Of a stretch of DNA of 64,000 bases, positions 9,687 through 20,492 are shown piece after piece. Every line of letters begins with the position of its first letter. Within the stretch, counting starts at the first letter, position 1. The stretch comes from an uncultured Candidatus Peribacteria bacterium (GTDB taxonomy: Bacteria > Patescibacteriota > Gracilibacteria > RBG-16-42-10), in NCBI GenBank assembly GCA_964514565.1, contig CAZERA010000002.1, forward strand, positions 62,001 to 126,000. The letters run 5' to 3'. The notes beneath the pieces are model-generated. The model saw only the letters and a list, made by a program, of their open reading frames with translations, had not been told where the DNA came from and ran no database searches. Both the position numbers and the translations under genes were made by a program.

Positions 9687-11071
9687 ACAAAATCTGGTTA
9701 CGCTCAATGCTTTTTTTAAGTGAACACAGATATTTTATTATTTTCTTCTTTATATCTGTAACTGTTTTTGGTATCTGGTGGTTGGCATTTTTTCCTGGCT
9801 TCATGAGTCCAGATAGCATCGACCAATGGAATCAAACAACCACATTACAATTTAGCAATTGGCATCCGTACATCCACACTTTATACATACTGGTCCTCCG
9901 CCAAATCTGGAATAATCCAGCCATGGTGGCTTTATTCCAGATTGTAACAACAAGCAGTCTTTTTAGTTGGATATTTAGCTATTGTTTAAAAAAAGGCGTA
10001 AATAAATGGGTGATATGGCTAATGTTCCTCTTCTTCGTCAGCTCGATTCCAGTAGCTGTTTACTCAATAACACTATGGAAAGATACTATTTTCTCACTAG
10101 TAACTGTATGTACATTTTTTTACATCGCCACGCTAAAATTGGAGGAAAAGGAAATAACTAGCTTACAACTAACAAATATCTTAATTCTCTCGACCCTTAC
10201 AATTTTTTTACGCCATAACGGACTGATGTACATACTAGTATTACCTATACTTGTAGCCTTATTTTTTTCTGCTCAAAAAAAACGTGTTCTTCAATATATA
10301 ATTGGTTTAATAGTATTATTTTTAAGCTTACATAATGTAGTCCCAACTTTATTGAAAGTAACGCCTGAGCCCTTCTGGTTTAGTAGATTATTTTTATACC
10401 AAGCTACAGCAGGCTTTTATGCAAGACTGCCAAATTCATCACTCACTCCGGAAACAAAAGCAGCAATGGAAATGGTTATGCCAGGAGAACTAATAAAAAA
10501 GCTCTATAATCCAATCAATACCAATCCAATGATTATCAAGGGCCATAATGCCAGTATTAATGTAGATATATTAATGTCCCACGAATTTTGGGACCAAATA
10601 ACTAACGACTTTTTCCACCAGAATCTAAAAAACAATATTCTCCTATTTATATCCGACAAAAATAAAATGATGTATGCAGTACTTACTGGTGAATATTACG
10701 CAATGGATAATACTATTGCCAATAACAACCAGGGACTACATGCTACACCCCTTTTAAAAGGTGTTCACACTACATTGAGTGAGTTTCTAGAGTGGATGTT
10801 AACAGATCAGAATAAGCCAGTTAGAATTGTTATCTGGTCCACATGGTTTAGCCTTCTGGTTTTAATTGCACTTACTATTGAGGCTATCAGAAAGAAAAAA
10901 GCCTACTTTATTCTTTTTTCGAGTGGTCTACTGATACAAGTACCGGCACTTTACATCTTCAATGTGGCAAATGACTGGCGATATCTTTACTTAATCTATC
11001 TTAGTATCTTTGTTGCTATCCCATTCTGTCTAGTGACTGATTCATCAAAGCATAAAGTCAGCAATAAATGA
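9683..11071 (+). CDS. Multi-pass membrane protein, DUF6020 / GT-C-like
   Basis: FPGFMSPDSIDQW, NWHPY, LWKD, RHNG, DWRY motifs; many TM helices. Confidence 0.75.
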   Translation: MNKIWLRSMLFLSEHRYFIIFFFISVTVFGIWWLAFFPGFMSPDSIDQWNQTTTLQFSNWHPYIHTLYILVLRQIWNNPAMVALFQIVTTSSLFSWIFSYCLKKGVNKWVIWLMFLFFVSSIPVAVYSITLWKDTIFSLVTVCTFFYIATLKLEEKEITSLQLTNILILSTLTIFLRHNGLMYILVLPILVALFFSAQKKRVLQYIIGLIVLFLSLHNVVPTLLKVTPEPFWFSRLFLYQATAGFYARLPNSSLTPETKAAMEMVMPGELIKKLYNPINTNPMIIKGHNASINVDILMSHEFWDQITNDFFHQNLKNNILLFISDKNKMMYAVLTGEYYAMDNTIANNNQGLHATPLLKGVHTTLSEFLEWMLTDQNKPVRIVIWSTWFSLLVLIALTIEAIRKKKAYFILFSSGLLIQVPALYIFNVANDWRYLYLIYLSIFVAIPFCLVTDSSKHKVSNK

Positions 11072-11075
11072 TTGA

Positions 11076-12460
11076 ATGAACACATCGAAGCTTTTCAAAT
11101 CATTACATACAAGAATAAAAAACAATTATTACTTTTGGGTATTTTTCTTAATTTCCACATTCGTTTTCTTTCTCTGGTGGGCAGCGTTTTTCCCAGCGTT
11201 AATGAGCACTGATAGTATCGGCCAGTGGATACAAACGATGGATTTGAACAAATTGAGTGACTGGCATCCTTACCTTAGTACGCTCTACTTTTACTTTCTA
11301 AAACTCATATATAACTCACCAGCAACCGTAAGCTTATTCCAGATTATTTGGACAGCAGCTCTTTTTAGTTACATATTTAACTTTTTCATCAAGGTTGGTC
11401 TTAAAAAAATCTATATTTATGTACTTTTCATATTTTTTGTTACTTCTATTCCAATTGGTCTTTTCAATATTTCACTCTGGAAAGATGTTCCATTCTCTCT
11501 TTGTTTAATAGGGTTTTTGTTTTTTCTCTGCAAAGCTATCTATGAAAAAAAATCAGTGGTATTAGTTTCCTAATATTACTATTGTTTAGTATAGGCGCTA
11601 CTTTTTTTAGACACAATGGACTGCTAAACTTATTTATTTTTCCTATAGTTATTGGGCAGGGATTGAGAAAAATATCATCCAAAGTTACATTTGGACTAAT
11701 TAGTAGTTATCTAATTGCCTTTATAATATTCTATTCAGGCATACCTAGAATCCTACAAGTTGAACCGTCTCCAAGTTGGCTGACACAGCTAACCATATAT
11801 ATGGAGTCAGTCTCTTATCTTCAAGAACACCCCTTCGGGAGAACAATCCCAAGATTAAGTACAAAGACTCAGGAACTGCTAGCCAAGGTTGCACCTAAAG
11901 AATTCCTCCTGAAGAACTATGACCCTCTTTACGTAAACTATATTTTATTTCCTGATCAAATAAATAAGGGCGCCATGACCGACGAGTTTATAAAAGATTT
12001 AACTAAAGAATTTTTTACACACAATCTCCCAACAAACTTAAACTTTTTCATTGGAAACCGCGTAACATTATTTGCTAGTGCAACACTAGGCTATGCGAAT
12101 ACAGCTGAGTTAGGTATAGCTAAAAACAACCTTGGACTAAAAACAAATCCGATATCTTCAACACTCAACAAATTATTATACCAAATTGCAGGAGAGTCTA
12201 TGACCGCAACTATTTTTAGATTTTTCGTTTGGAATGCTCTATTAATCATTTTGTTTTTACTATTTGCTTTTGTGGATAGCCTTTATAAAAAAAACACACC
12301 TTTGAGATTCTTTAGTTCTGTTTTACTAATAAACATTGCTTTTCTAGCCATGCTTGTCCCAGCAGCAGACTGGAGATACTTTTACTTCGCCTATCTATCG
12401 ATCTTTATTGCAATCCCTATATGGCTAACTAAAGATCTATCCCAGAACACTTTGCACTAA
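11076..12460 (+). pseudogene. Frameshifted tandem paralog of the upstream DUF6020/GT-C-like gene
   Basis: ORF 11076-11573 carries MSTDS/WHPY/LWKD and ORF 11582-12460 carries RHNG/DWRY; one extra A in the A8 run (11545-11552) fuses them into a 461-aa protein versus the 462-aa paralog. Confidence 0.8.
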
Positions 12461-13641
12461 TAACCACGAGACCTCTTTAAGCCCACATGTATTATCCTAA
12501 GGATCTTAACCAGCCAAGATCTCCGTCGTACCCATTGCAACATTTTTTCTTTAACAAGTACACCTGACTTTTCTTCCTCAACATACCAATCAAAAAAGAA
12601 CTTAGCGCGAACTTTGATAGATGAAGGGAGAATAGTCTCTTTTACTAGAATCTCTTCCACAGCCGACTTAAAATTCTCAGCCTGATTTTGCCAACTAGGC
12701 CAACCTGAAGCAGTCTTGGCAGCGTTAGCTTTTAGCTCAGCAAGTAATTCAGGCCTAGCTTTAAGCTTATTAATTGCCTTGACTACCCCAGTCTCATTAT
12801 CACAATCCAAGACCAACGCATTGTGAGCGTTAACAATGTATTCATCATGTCCAGTCACATTATAAACGATTGCAGTACCTCCACAGCTAAATATTTCCAA
12901 AGGAGGACCAAACATACCCTCGACATAACTTAGCTTCACTAAAACGTCACAAGAACGATAAATACTCGGGGTCTCAAACATAGGTATACGAGAAAAAACT
13001 CGAGCAACGCCTGGGTATGCTTTGATATCACTCGAAGTTAATAACCAAACTTCATCTGCATTGGAAGCCAATGCCAGCTTAATGGCATTTTCGGTATTTT
13101 TAAAAAATACCCCCAATGGTCCCTCGATCAAAACTCTCAGTTTTCCCGCTTCTTTAGGTGCAACCACTTCACCTTCAGCTGAATAAATATCTTTACGGAT
13201 GCCATTCTTAACCAAATACGGTTGATTACCATATTGACCTAAATAATGCTCAATCCAACTAGCCTCAGTAATAGTAGGTAAGTTAAGTAAATACGTAGCC
13301 TCTACTAAGCGCCGCAAGGCAATTTGTTTTTCAGAATAAAAGCGGGTCTCGATTGACTGAACAAAATAAGCATATTTTGTGGCGTTGATTCTATGTAGTT
13401 CATATACAGTTCGCCACCAAGTAGCAAATACAATATCAAAATGACATTCTTTGACCTGATCATAAGTCAAAAATACTAATTCCTTTGCTTCTTTGTGCCA
13501 AACAATATCTTCAGACCTCACCTTTTCTTCAGTAATAATCGTAATATCCACTCCCAACTTCTGCATCCGAATAGCATGCTCAAATATCACATAAGTTCCC
13601 CCACTAATCTGTGCCGATCCTAACAAAAAAGCACATTTCAT
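12457..13641 (-). CDS. Glycosyltransferase family 4
   Basis: N-terminal ISGG loop and C-terminal SYVEGMFGPPLE (E-x7-E) motif. Confidence 0.85.
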   Translation of the reverse strand: MKCAFLLGSAQISGGTYVIFEHAIRMQKLGVDITIITEEKVRSEDIVWHKEAKELVFLTYDQVKECHFDIVFATWWRTVYELHRINATKYAYFVQSIETRFYSEKQIALRRLVEATYLLNLPTITEASWIEHYLGQYGNQPYLVKNGIRKDIYSAEGEVVAPKEAGKLRVLIEGPLGVFFKNTENAIKLALASNADEVWLLTSSDIKAYPGVARVFSRIPMFETPSIYRSCDVLVKLSYVEGMFGPPLEIFSCGGTAIVYNVTGHDEYIVNAHNALVLDCDNETGVVKAINKLKARPELLAELKANAAKTASGWPSWQNQAENFKSAVEEILVKETILPSSIKVRAKFFFDWYVEEEKSGVLVKEKMLQWVRRRSWLVKILRIIHVGLKRSRGY

Positions 13642-13642
13642 A

Positions 13643-15688
13643 TTACTTTCGGGTAAAGAAAAATTGAACATAACGGATCAAACGATAAATTTGGCGACCA
13701 CCAGGGAAGAAAACATAGTCAAAAGAAAGTACTGGCCAAAAAACCTGGGTAAGAAATTTACGAGGAGACGTGAGTAAAAAATAAACATTCTTGATTTTTT
13801 GAGAAAAGCTCACGTCTCCAGCAGAAAATCGAGAAAAGTTAAACACGCCAAAATTTTCATAGTGTTTGAGGGCATGGAACCAATTACTTTCTCTTTTATT
13901 GGGAGAAAAAACTAGCTTTTGATGTTCAGCCAAAAAGTGGGGATAAAGCTGAGCCAGTGAAACTGAACTTAAACTGGCATGCTTTGCCAAGGTGTGAAAT
14001 TTCGCTAACAGCTGCTGTTGGAGTGGTTGAACGTGATTAGTGAAAATATCTTGCTCATCTTTGTGTTCAGCCAATACAACATCAACTTTCTCACCAGTTT
14101 TGACATACCTACCAGCACTCCCATGAGATGCCCCCAAAAACACTTCAAATAAACTTTTGTTTTCATCAAATATGCCAAAGTCAGGCATGCGTTTATTCTG
14201 ACAAGAAAACAAAAGACCTTCTTTTGAGTTGATCGGGGAAACCATTGGAGCCCATACCAAACCAAGATAGTGACCAGCAACTGCTGTCTCCTTTGGCACC
14301 ATACAACGAATATTATCTTGAATTGTTCCTTTCCAACCAACATCTACTAGATGCAATGCTTGCTTAGTAAAGTCCACTCCAAAACTCTTCAAGTAAGCTA
14401 AAAAGTTCTCTCGTTGCTCAATACGTGTTTTTTCATAAAGCTGTTGAAAAATATTCAATTTTAGTAAAGCTTTAAATGTTTCTGATTGAGGGAAATCTTC
14501 AATCATCAAATCAGCATCCTTAGCCAAAATCTGGCAGATATTGTCCTGCTCAGCGGTATCAAAGTTCAGTGACAATAAAAAAGACCGCAGTGAGAAAGTT
14601 CGATACTGCCGAAATAACCGCTCAAAGCTTTCTTGTTCTAAAGTTCCCAAAGAGGGAATAAAAGTAGCTTTTCGTGAAACCTTTAAGTAATGCAGCTTGA
14701 TCTTGTGCTCAGGATAAAAAGCAGATTGATATATTTCAAACAATTTAATCAAATACTCTCCTTCTCGAGCTAAGAAGAATACATCTTGAACGTTCGCTTG
14801 ATAAAGCGACGCATACAGCCTAGCAATAAATACAAAAAGACTAAGAATGAGGCCTTCAAAAAGCCGATCACTTGTACTAGAAAAAAGTTCAGAAATAGTA
14901 TGCTTAAAGAAAGCATAGCTATCAGCTTGAATCGCAAATTTGGTGTAGAATTTATATTGATGTATCCGTGACAATAAAAAAGCACTTATTCCGAGCGCAG
15001 TCGGCATCTGATAGTCAGAGTAAGCATTATCACCGATCATAATCACCCGGGACTCTAATAACTTTAACTCCTGAACAATTAATTGATATAGCCGCCCAGA
15101 TCTTTTTGTAAGATGATAGTCAGCTGAAACATATATACGAGTAAAAAGCTCTTCTAATCCATGAAAACGCAAAATTTGGGCTAAGTACTCACTCGGGAGA
15201 TAAAAATCTGATACTAATATCAACTGCAATCCTTGCTGTTTCCACTGGGTGAGTGAGTCATAAACGTCCTTATCCAGTTCCTGACAACGAACTTCCACAC
15301 TAATTTCTAGGTCCAACAAAGCCTTTTTAAAATCTTCTGCAGACAATTTTGTTGTAATAACTTTTCGGAGCAAAAGCTCGTCATAGAGAGCTTGTCCCAG
15401 CTCAACAAGTGAAAATTCAGCATCCTTTCCATTCTGCAAGCTATTCGCACAAAGATTACGTTCAATCTCAGCACGCAAAAGATACAATTGACCAGCACTA
15501 ATCTCTAAACTGAGTAGCTCCTGCAACCGAGCCATCACTATCTTCTTAATTTGTTCAGGTTGTACTTTACGAACCACTAAAGTATCAAAAAAATCGCAAA
15601 AAATAGTGTCTTTCTCTCCAACTAACAAAACGGTATTTACATGCTTCAGCTCCTGCCTAATTGTAATATGATCAAGGGACGTCACCAT
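13643..15688 (-). CDS. HAD-superfamily hydrolase domain protein (polysaccharide-locus type)
   Basis: DFFDTLV motif I, SDFY, K-SG, IGDNAYSD motif IV, then LAREG and VDVGWKGTIQ segments typical of capsule-locus HAD proteins. Confidence 0.85.
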   Translation of the reverse strand: MVTSLDHITIRQELKHVNTVLLVGEKDTIFCDFFDTLVVRKVQPEQIKKIVMARLQELLSLEISAGQLYLLRAEIERNLCANSLQNGKDAEFSLVELGQALYDELLLRKVITTKLSAEDFKKALLDLEISVEVRCQELDKDVYDSLTQWKQQGLQLILVSDFYLPSEYLAQILRFHGLEELFTRIYVSADYHLTKRSGRLYQLIVQELKLLESRVIMIGDNAYSDYQMPTALGISAFLLSRIHQYKFYTKFAIQADSYAFFKHTISELFSSTSDRLFEGLILSLFVFIARLYASLYQANVQDVFFLAREGEYLIKLFEIYQSAFYPEHKIKLHYLKVSRKATFIPSLGTLEQESFERLFRQYRTFSLRSFLLSLNFDTAEQDNICQILAKDADLMIEDFPQSETFKALLKLNIFQQLYEKTRIEQRENFLAYLKSFGVDFTKQALHLVDVGWKGTIQDNIRCMVPKETAVAGHYLGLVWAPMVSPINSKEGLLFSCQNKRMPDFGIFDENKSLFEVFLGASHGSAGRYVKTGEKVDVVLAEHKDEQDIFTNHVQPLQQQLLAKFHTLAKHASLSSVSLAQLYPHFLAEHQKLVFSPNKRESNWFHALKHYENFGVFNFSRFSAGDVSFSQKIKNVYFLLTSPRKFLTQVFWPVLSFDYVFFPGGRQIYRLIRYVQFFFTRK

Positions 15689-15696
15689 ACTAAATA

Positions 15697-17592
15697 TTAA
15701 GACCGTTTAGTGTATCGCTTCCAAAGGGCTCTAAATGGATGCTTTTGGGTAAATTGTTGATAAGACTGAAGTTCATTCACGACTCGCATTTTCTCTCCCA
15801 GTAAAGTCTGAGATTTATCCTTCAGCTCCTCCAGCGCCTGAATGTATTTGTCCCTTTCAAAAATCAATTTATCCATACTTTGTATAATCGAAAAACGCTC
15901 CTCGGCTAGTAAAAATAGCTGCTGGTTTTTCTGAGAAATAATATCTTGGTAAGTATTAGGATGAACAACCGTAGGAATTATTAACTCACACAAATTCTGG
16001 AAATCCTGAGGCTCTATACTACGAAATATACTTTGAGAAATAGTAATCTCCCTCTCAAGGAAGAGATCTATTAGATTGCTATTAACAGTTGGATCCAACT
16101 CCTGCAGAACAACTAAAACTGCCTCTCTCAATGGCTTACCACGGAGTTTTTCAAACCGACTCAGCAAGGCAATATTATCTACTAACCAGTAAAAAAGTGA
16201 TCTAAATAAAACAAAACTAGTATCAGCATCAAACTGTCCCTGCCACTCATTATCAAAAGCAACAAAGCCTTTCTTTTCAATATCCACTAAGACATTGGAA
16301 AATGTGGCATCATGATCAATCTGTCGAAGAGCAAAAGTACTTTCTAAATAGGAATTAAAATAACGAAGCCACTGCAGCCACAACTCCCAGTCACTCGCAT
16401 ATGCTAACTGACAAAGATATACAGCAAAAAGCGGCAAAACAACAAACTCTGCTGTATGTACCGATTGCAGTTGTGCAGCCACACGAGAGCGAGTTACCTC
16501 ATTGTGATTGGCTTTTTTCGAAGCAATAGACCAAAACTTCTGCTGACGCTTGTAACTTGTATAATGAACAAAATCATATGGCACAATAGAGTCTTTTCCG
16601 CTTGGTGATACAAAGAACAAAAATGAATCCGAAAAGTGACTTGCTGTATGATTGTTCGTCAAAGCAGTCCACACTAAATTAGTATGGACCGGAGTAGAAA
16701 AGTTATTATCATAATTTGCAGGCCTGCTATTATACAGCAAATTAGCACTATAAGGAGCATTGTTAAGGAAGTCAGCTTCTACTAAAGTATTGGGAAATTT
16801 ATAATCAGGAAACGGTAATTGTAGATTGATTATAGATACACCAGCTTGATCGAATAGCAGCTCCCATTTTTTTTGGCCAAAAGTCTTAATAGAAGAAAAC
16901 TTAGCGCTAGGGTAATCATACAAACCAACATAAGGCTCTTCAAAATGGTCTTCTTCATAGCCCAAAAAATATTTCAGGCCTAATTGGTTCTCAATAGCAA
17001 TTACTATCTGGCCCTGAGGTTTAAGATATCTTTTTAGTTTCTTTAGAAAATTCACCACCAAATCTTCACTACTAGAAGTAGTATCTTCAGGATAAAAAAG
17101 CTTAATATACTCAAAAACACCAATAGCAACAATCACATCAAAACTCTCTTCAGGCAATAAGATATCATGCATATTTGCATGAAGAACATGAACATTATCC
17201 AAAGTCGAACAACGTAAATTCGCCCCCTTAGCACGATTGAGGCTCCCCTCAATTGCAATCACTTCAGCTGGATTCTTTTCCCCCAATACTCGCGTAATAG
17301 CCCCAAAACCACAACCAACCTCCAAAATACTGGTTTCACTATCTACTTTTAAATGCCTAAGTAAATTACCCCTTACAGGTGAGAAGTGATAAGTAGTAAA
17401 ACGATCATCACACTGATCAGCCAGCTCTATGGAAGTACTCGATTTGTCTTTAGCTGCTTGCAAAATAGCCAACGCCCGAGCTTCTTGGCTATCACCATCA
17501 GTATAACCGATGCTTGTAGCGATATCTTTACTATGCAATCCTGGCTGCAAAGTCACTAATTTATTTTCTTTTTTGATCCAATCAAATAACAT
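15697..17592 (-). CDS. Methyltransferase + kinase-like + coiled-coil protein (WbdD-like chain terminator)
   Basis: ILEVGCGFG SAM motif, HDATFSN...FDNEW kinase-like motifs, C-terminal heptad-rich helix; adjacent to wzt. Confidence 0.7.
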   Translation of the reverse strand: MLFDWIKKENKLVTLQPGLHSKDIATSIGYTDGDSQEARALAILQAAKDKSSTSIELADQCDDRFTTYHFSPVRGNLLRHLKVDSETSILEVGCGFGAITRVLGEKNPAEVIAIEGSLNRAKGANLRCSTLDNVHVLHANMHDILLPEESFDVIVAIGVFEYIKLFYPEDTTSSSEDLVVNFLKKLKRYLKPQGQIVIAIENQLGLKYFLGYEEDHFEEPYVGLYDYPSAKFSSIKTFGQKKWELLFDQAGVSIINLQLPFPDYKFPNTLVEADFLNNAPYSANLLYNSRPANYDNNFSTPVHTNLVWTALTNNHTASHFSDSFLFFVSPSGKDSIVPYDFVHYTSYKRQQKFWSIASKKANHNEVTRSRVAAQLQSVHTAEFVVLPLFAVYLCQLAYASDWELWLQWLRYFNSYLESTFALRQIDHDATFSNVLVDIEKKGFVAFDNEWQGQFDADTSFVLFRSLFYWLVDNIALLSRFEKLRGKPLREAVLVVLQELDPTVNSNLIDLFLEREITISQSIFRSIEPQDFQNLCELIIPTVVHPNTYQDIISQKNQQLFLLAEERFSIIQSMDKLIFERDKYIQALEELKDKSQTLLGEKMRVVNELQSYQQFTQKHPFRALWKRYTKRS

Positions 17593-17594
17593 AA

Positions 17595-18824
17595 CTACTT
17601 ATTAGAAAACCACTGGTGTGGCATAAATATGACGCCTCGGTACAAAGTACGCAACTCATGAGGATAAATTTGAATCGTCTTTATTTTGTAAGCAAAATCA
17701 TAATATTTTGATTCATCCTGACCAAAGCAAACTACATTGAGATAATAAGCACCAGGGAGAAGATCAACCACTGGAAAAGCCAAGTCCACCATATCACCCA
17801 ATATCTCAAAGTGATCCATTTGAGTATTGTACCCCCAAATATAGCTACCATTGTCAGCATAAAGTCCCACACCTACATTGACCACATCAAATGAACTTTT
17901 TCTTTTTATCTTTACCCTTATCGTGATAGCTCCTCCACTTTTAAACACTCGTTTTTCGGCACCTTCAACATCGAGTAACGATACTTTTTCAATACTAACT
18001 GTTTTGATAATTTTTTCTGAAGAATCAGGCTCAGCTTGTTCAGAACGTATTTCCTCATCAGAGATATTTTGATTGATATACTCAGCAACAACATCTTGAG
18101 GCTCTCCAATTGCTGCCACCTTGCCATCGCGCATCAGTAGAGCTCGATCACAGTACTTTTGTACAGTAGCACTATCATGTGTCACTAAAATCACAGTCTT
18201 ACCTTCATCTCTGTATTTATGGAATTCGTCAAGGCACTTCCTTTGAAAGTTAGTGTCTCCCACTGCTAATACTTCATCCATCAGTAAAATATCGCGATTG
18301 GCATGGATAGCAATAGAAAAAGCCAATCGAACTTGCATTCCCGAAGAGTAATTCTTCAATTTTTGATCAATAAATCGTCCCAACTCTGAAAAAGCTACTA
18401 TTCTATCAAACTTCTTCTGTATATCTTTGCGCGCAAGTCCCAAGAGTGACGCATTGAGAAAAATATTATCTCGACCAGATAACTCATAGTTAAATCCGAT
18501 TCCGAGCTCTAGAAAAGGTGACACCAAACCATGAACAGCTACACTCCCGGTATCTGGCTGGTAAATCTGGGCCAAAATCTTGAGTAGAGTAGATTTACCA
18601 CTGCCATTTCGACCAATAATACCCAAAAACTCTCCTTTTGCTACCGAAAAAGACACATCGTCCAAAGCTACAAACTTTTCATATGAAGTTTTTTTGAATC
18701 CTTTCAACAAGAAATCCCGAGTACTATCCACACGTTCATGTGGTAAAGCAAAACTTTTTGATACATGAGAAACCTCAATAATAGGTTGCGATACAGACGA
18801 AAATTCAACAGCTTTTTTAGACAT
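17595..18824 (-). CDS. wzt: Polysaccharide ABC exporter ATPase with C-terminal carbohydrate-binding domain
   Basis: GRNGSGKST, YSSGMQVRLAF, LMDEVLAVGD; ~150-aa beta-rich Wzt_C-like extension. Confidence 0.93.
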   Translation of the reverse strand: MSKKAVEFSSVSQPIIEVSHVSKSFALPHERVDSTRDFLLKGFKKTSYEKFVALDDVSFSVAKGEFLGIIGRNGSGKSTLLKILAQIYQPDTGSVAVHGLVSPFLELGIGFNYELSGRDNIFLNASLLGLARKDIQKKFDRIVAFSELGRFIDQKLKNYSSGMQVRLAFSIAIHANRDILLMDEVLAVGDTNFQRKCLDEFHKYRDEGKTVILVTHDSATVQKYCDRALLMRDGKVAAIGEPQDVVAEYINQNISDEEIRSEQAEPDSSEKIIKTVSIEKVSLLDVEGAEKRVFKSGGAITIRVKIKRKSSFDVVNVGVGLYADNGSYIWGYNTQMDHFEILGDMVDLAFPVVDLLPGAYYLNVVCFGQDESKYYDFAYKIKTIQIYPHELRTLYRGVIFMPHQWFSNK

Positions 18825-19587
18825 GTTCCGCTGATCTTTTAGTAATATTCACAAATGAAAAGAAACTGACTAAAGTCACACAGATCACCCCCAAAACATA
18901 CAACCAGATGTTGATGCTTTGAGGGACATTCTGCGCACTGACTACGCCTTGAGCATGCTGAATTATTAATGTCATTGGATTGAGGTATAACAAAGACTGT
19001 ACCGATGCGGACAACACAGAAATAGGATAAATGATCGGCGTGGCATAAAAAGCAGCCAATAGAATCACCTCCCAAATTTGGTTAATATCTCTAAAACGCA
19101 GATAAAGTGGAGATAGGAAAAAAGAAACGATTAAAATCAGTAAGTACACAACCAAAGCATAAAAAATTAATTGAACCCAAGCCATAAGAGAAAGGATCAA
19201 TCCACTAAAAAAACAAAATATTGCCAAGACGCCTAAGCTCATCAGAAAGCTAAAGCACGTATTAAGAGTACTAGCCAACACAATGATCCATTTCGGTACA
19301 AAGATTTTAGTAATAATATGTGCCTTTGATAGTAAAGAGGTTATACCGACCATTGTTCCCTCAGCAAAAAAGTTCCAAAAGATCAAGCCTGTTAGTAAGT
19401 TTAAAGAATATGAAGCAGTATTTTTGAAAACATGAGAAAATACAAAACTGAGAACCCCAAAGATTGCCAACGGCTTGAGAAGTACCCAAACAATCCCTAA
19501 TGCCGAGCCATGGTAACGCAACTTAAAATCAGTCTTGGCCAACATCCATACTTTTTCCCATGAATGTGAACGAACTACAGATGCCAT
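18817..19587 (-). CDS. wzm: Polysaccharide ABC exporter permease
   Basis: DFKLRYHGSALGIVW, FRDI, ATPIIYP, LNPM motifs. Confidence 0.93.
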   Translation of the reverse strand: MASVVRSHSWEKVWMLAKTDFKLRYHGSALGIVWVLLKPLAIFGVLSFVFSHVFKNTASYSLNLLTGLIFWNFFAEGTMVGITSLLSKAHIITKIFVPKWIIVLASTLNTCFSFLMSLGVLAIFCFFSGLILSLMAWVQLIFYALVVYLLILIVSFFLSPLYLRFRDINQIWEVILLAAFYATPIIYPISVLSASVQSLLYLNPMTLIIQHAQGVVSAQNVPQSINIWLYVLGVICVTLVSFFSFVNITKRSAEHV

Positions 19588-19682
19588 AAAAAAAACTAAA
19601 GATAAACACTTAATCACACACTACACTAGATCAATCAAAAGATAAGCAAAAATTCCTGGATCAGCAATAGCTCTATAAAAGT

Positions 19683-20492
19683 TTAGCTGTCTTTTGTATG
19701 AGCAAATACTCTAGTATAGACTAGAGTTAAAGTGCGGTGTACGAAGCTATCTTTCTTGACCACACGAAATATGACAGATACAAGAAAGTGATACAAAGAC
19801 GCGAGCCACTTTCTTGGGTAATATTTAGTATATTTAGCCAACATTAATTTGTTTTGTTTCAGCTGACTAACATAAAACTCATCAGTCAGTGACCCCACCT
19901 CTTCTTTGACTATTGTGGTGGTATCGCTGAGATTTTGTAGTTTTGCATACTGGCCAAGTCGCATCCACAAATCCCAATCCTCACTATATTTGAGACTCTC
20001 ATCGTATCCTCCGACCTTTTCAAATAAATCGCGTCTCATCACAATAGTAACATGTGAGAAAGGACATCTAAATAGCATCTGATTGCGAATAGCTTGATCT
20101 GTCAGTGGATTAATAATAGTGCGATTACCGATCTTAATTCCTGTCCCAATTACCCCAATCTGCGGGTTAGATTCAAGTATTGCGACCTGTTTAGCAATCT
20201 TACTAAAATCAGTCCAAATATCATGATCATCAAGTCGCGCGATATATTTGCCTTTAGCTAGCTTACATCCAATATTGAGTGACCTCTGAATCCATAAACG
20301 TTCTGGGTTGTGAACCACAACAATTCCTTGCAGTTCATTCAAAACATCTTTGGTATTGTCAGTACTACCATCATTAACAATAATAACCTCCAAGTTGGGA
20401 TAATCTTGGGATCGCACAATCTTCAATGCTTCAAGAATATTCTGAGCCCGATTGCGAGTAGGAATTACCACACTAACCAATGGAGTACTCAT
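19683..20492 (-). CDS. Glycosyltransferase family 2
   Basis: VSVVIPTRN, NDGSTD, ARLDDHD, SEDWDLW. Confidence 0.92.
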   Translation of the reverse strand: MSTPLVSVVIPTRNRAQNILEALKIVRSQDYPNLEVIIVNDGSTDNTKDVLNELQGIVVVHNPERLWIQRSLNIGCKLAKGKYIARLDDHDIWTDFSKIAKQVAILESNPQIGVIGTGIKIGNRTIINPLTDQAIRNQMLFRCPFSHVTIVMRRDLFEKVGGYDESLKYSEDWDLWMRLGQYAKLQNLSDTTTIVKEEVGSLTDEFYVSQLKQNKLMLAKYTKYYPRKWLASLYHFLVSVIFRVVKKDSFVHRTLTLVYTRVFAHTKDS

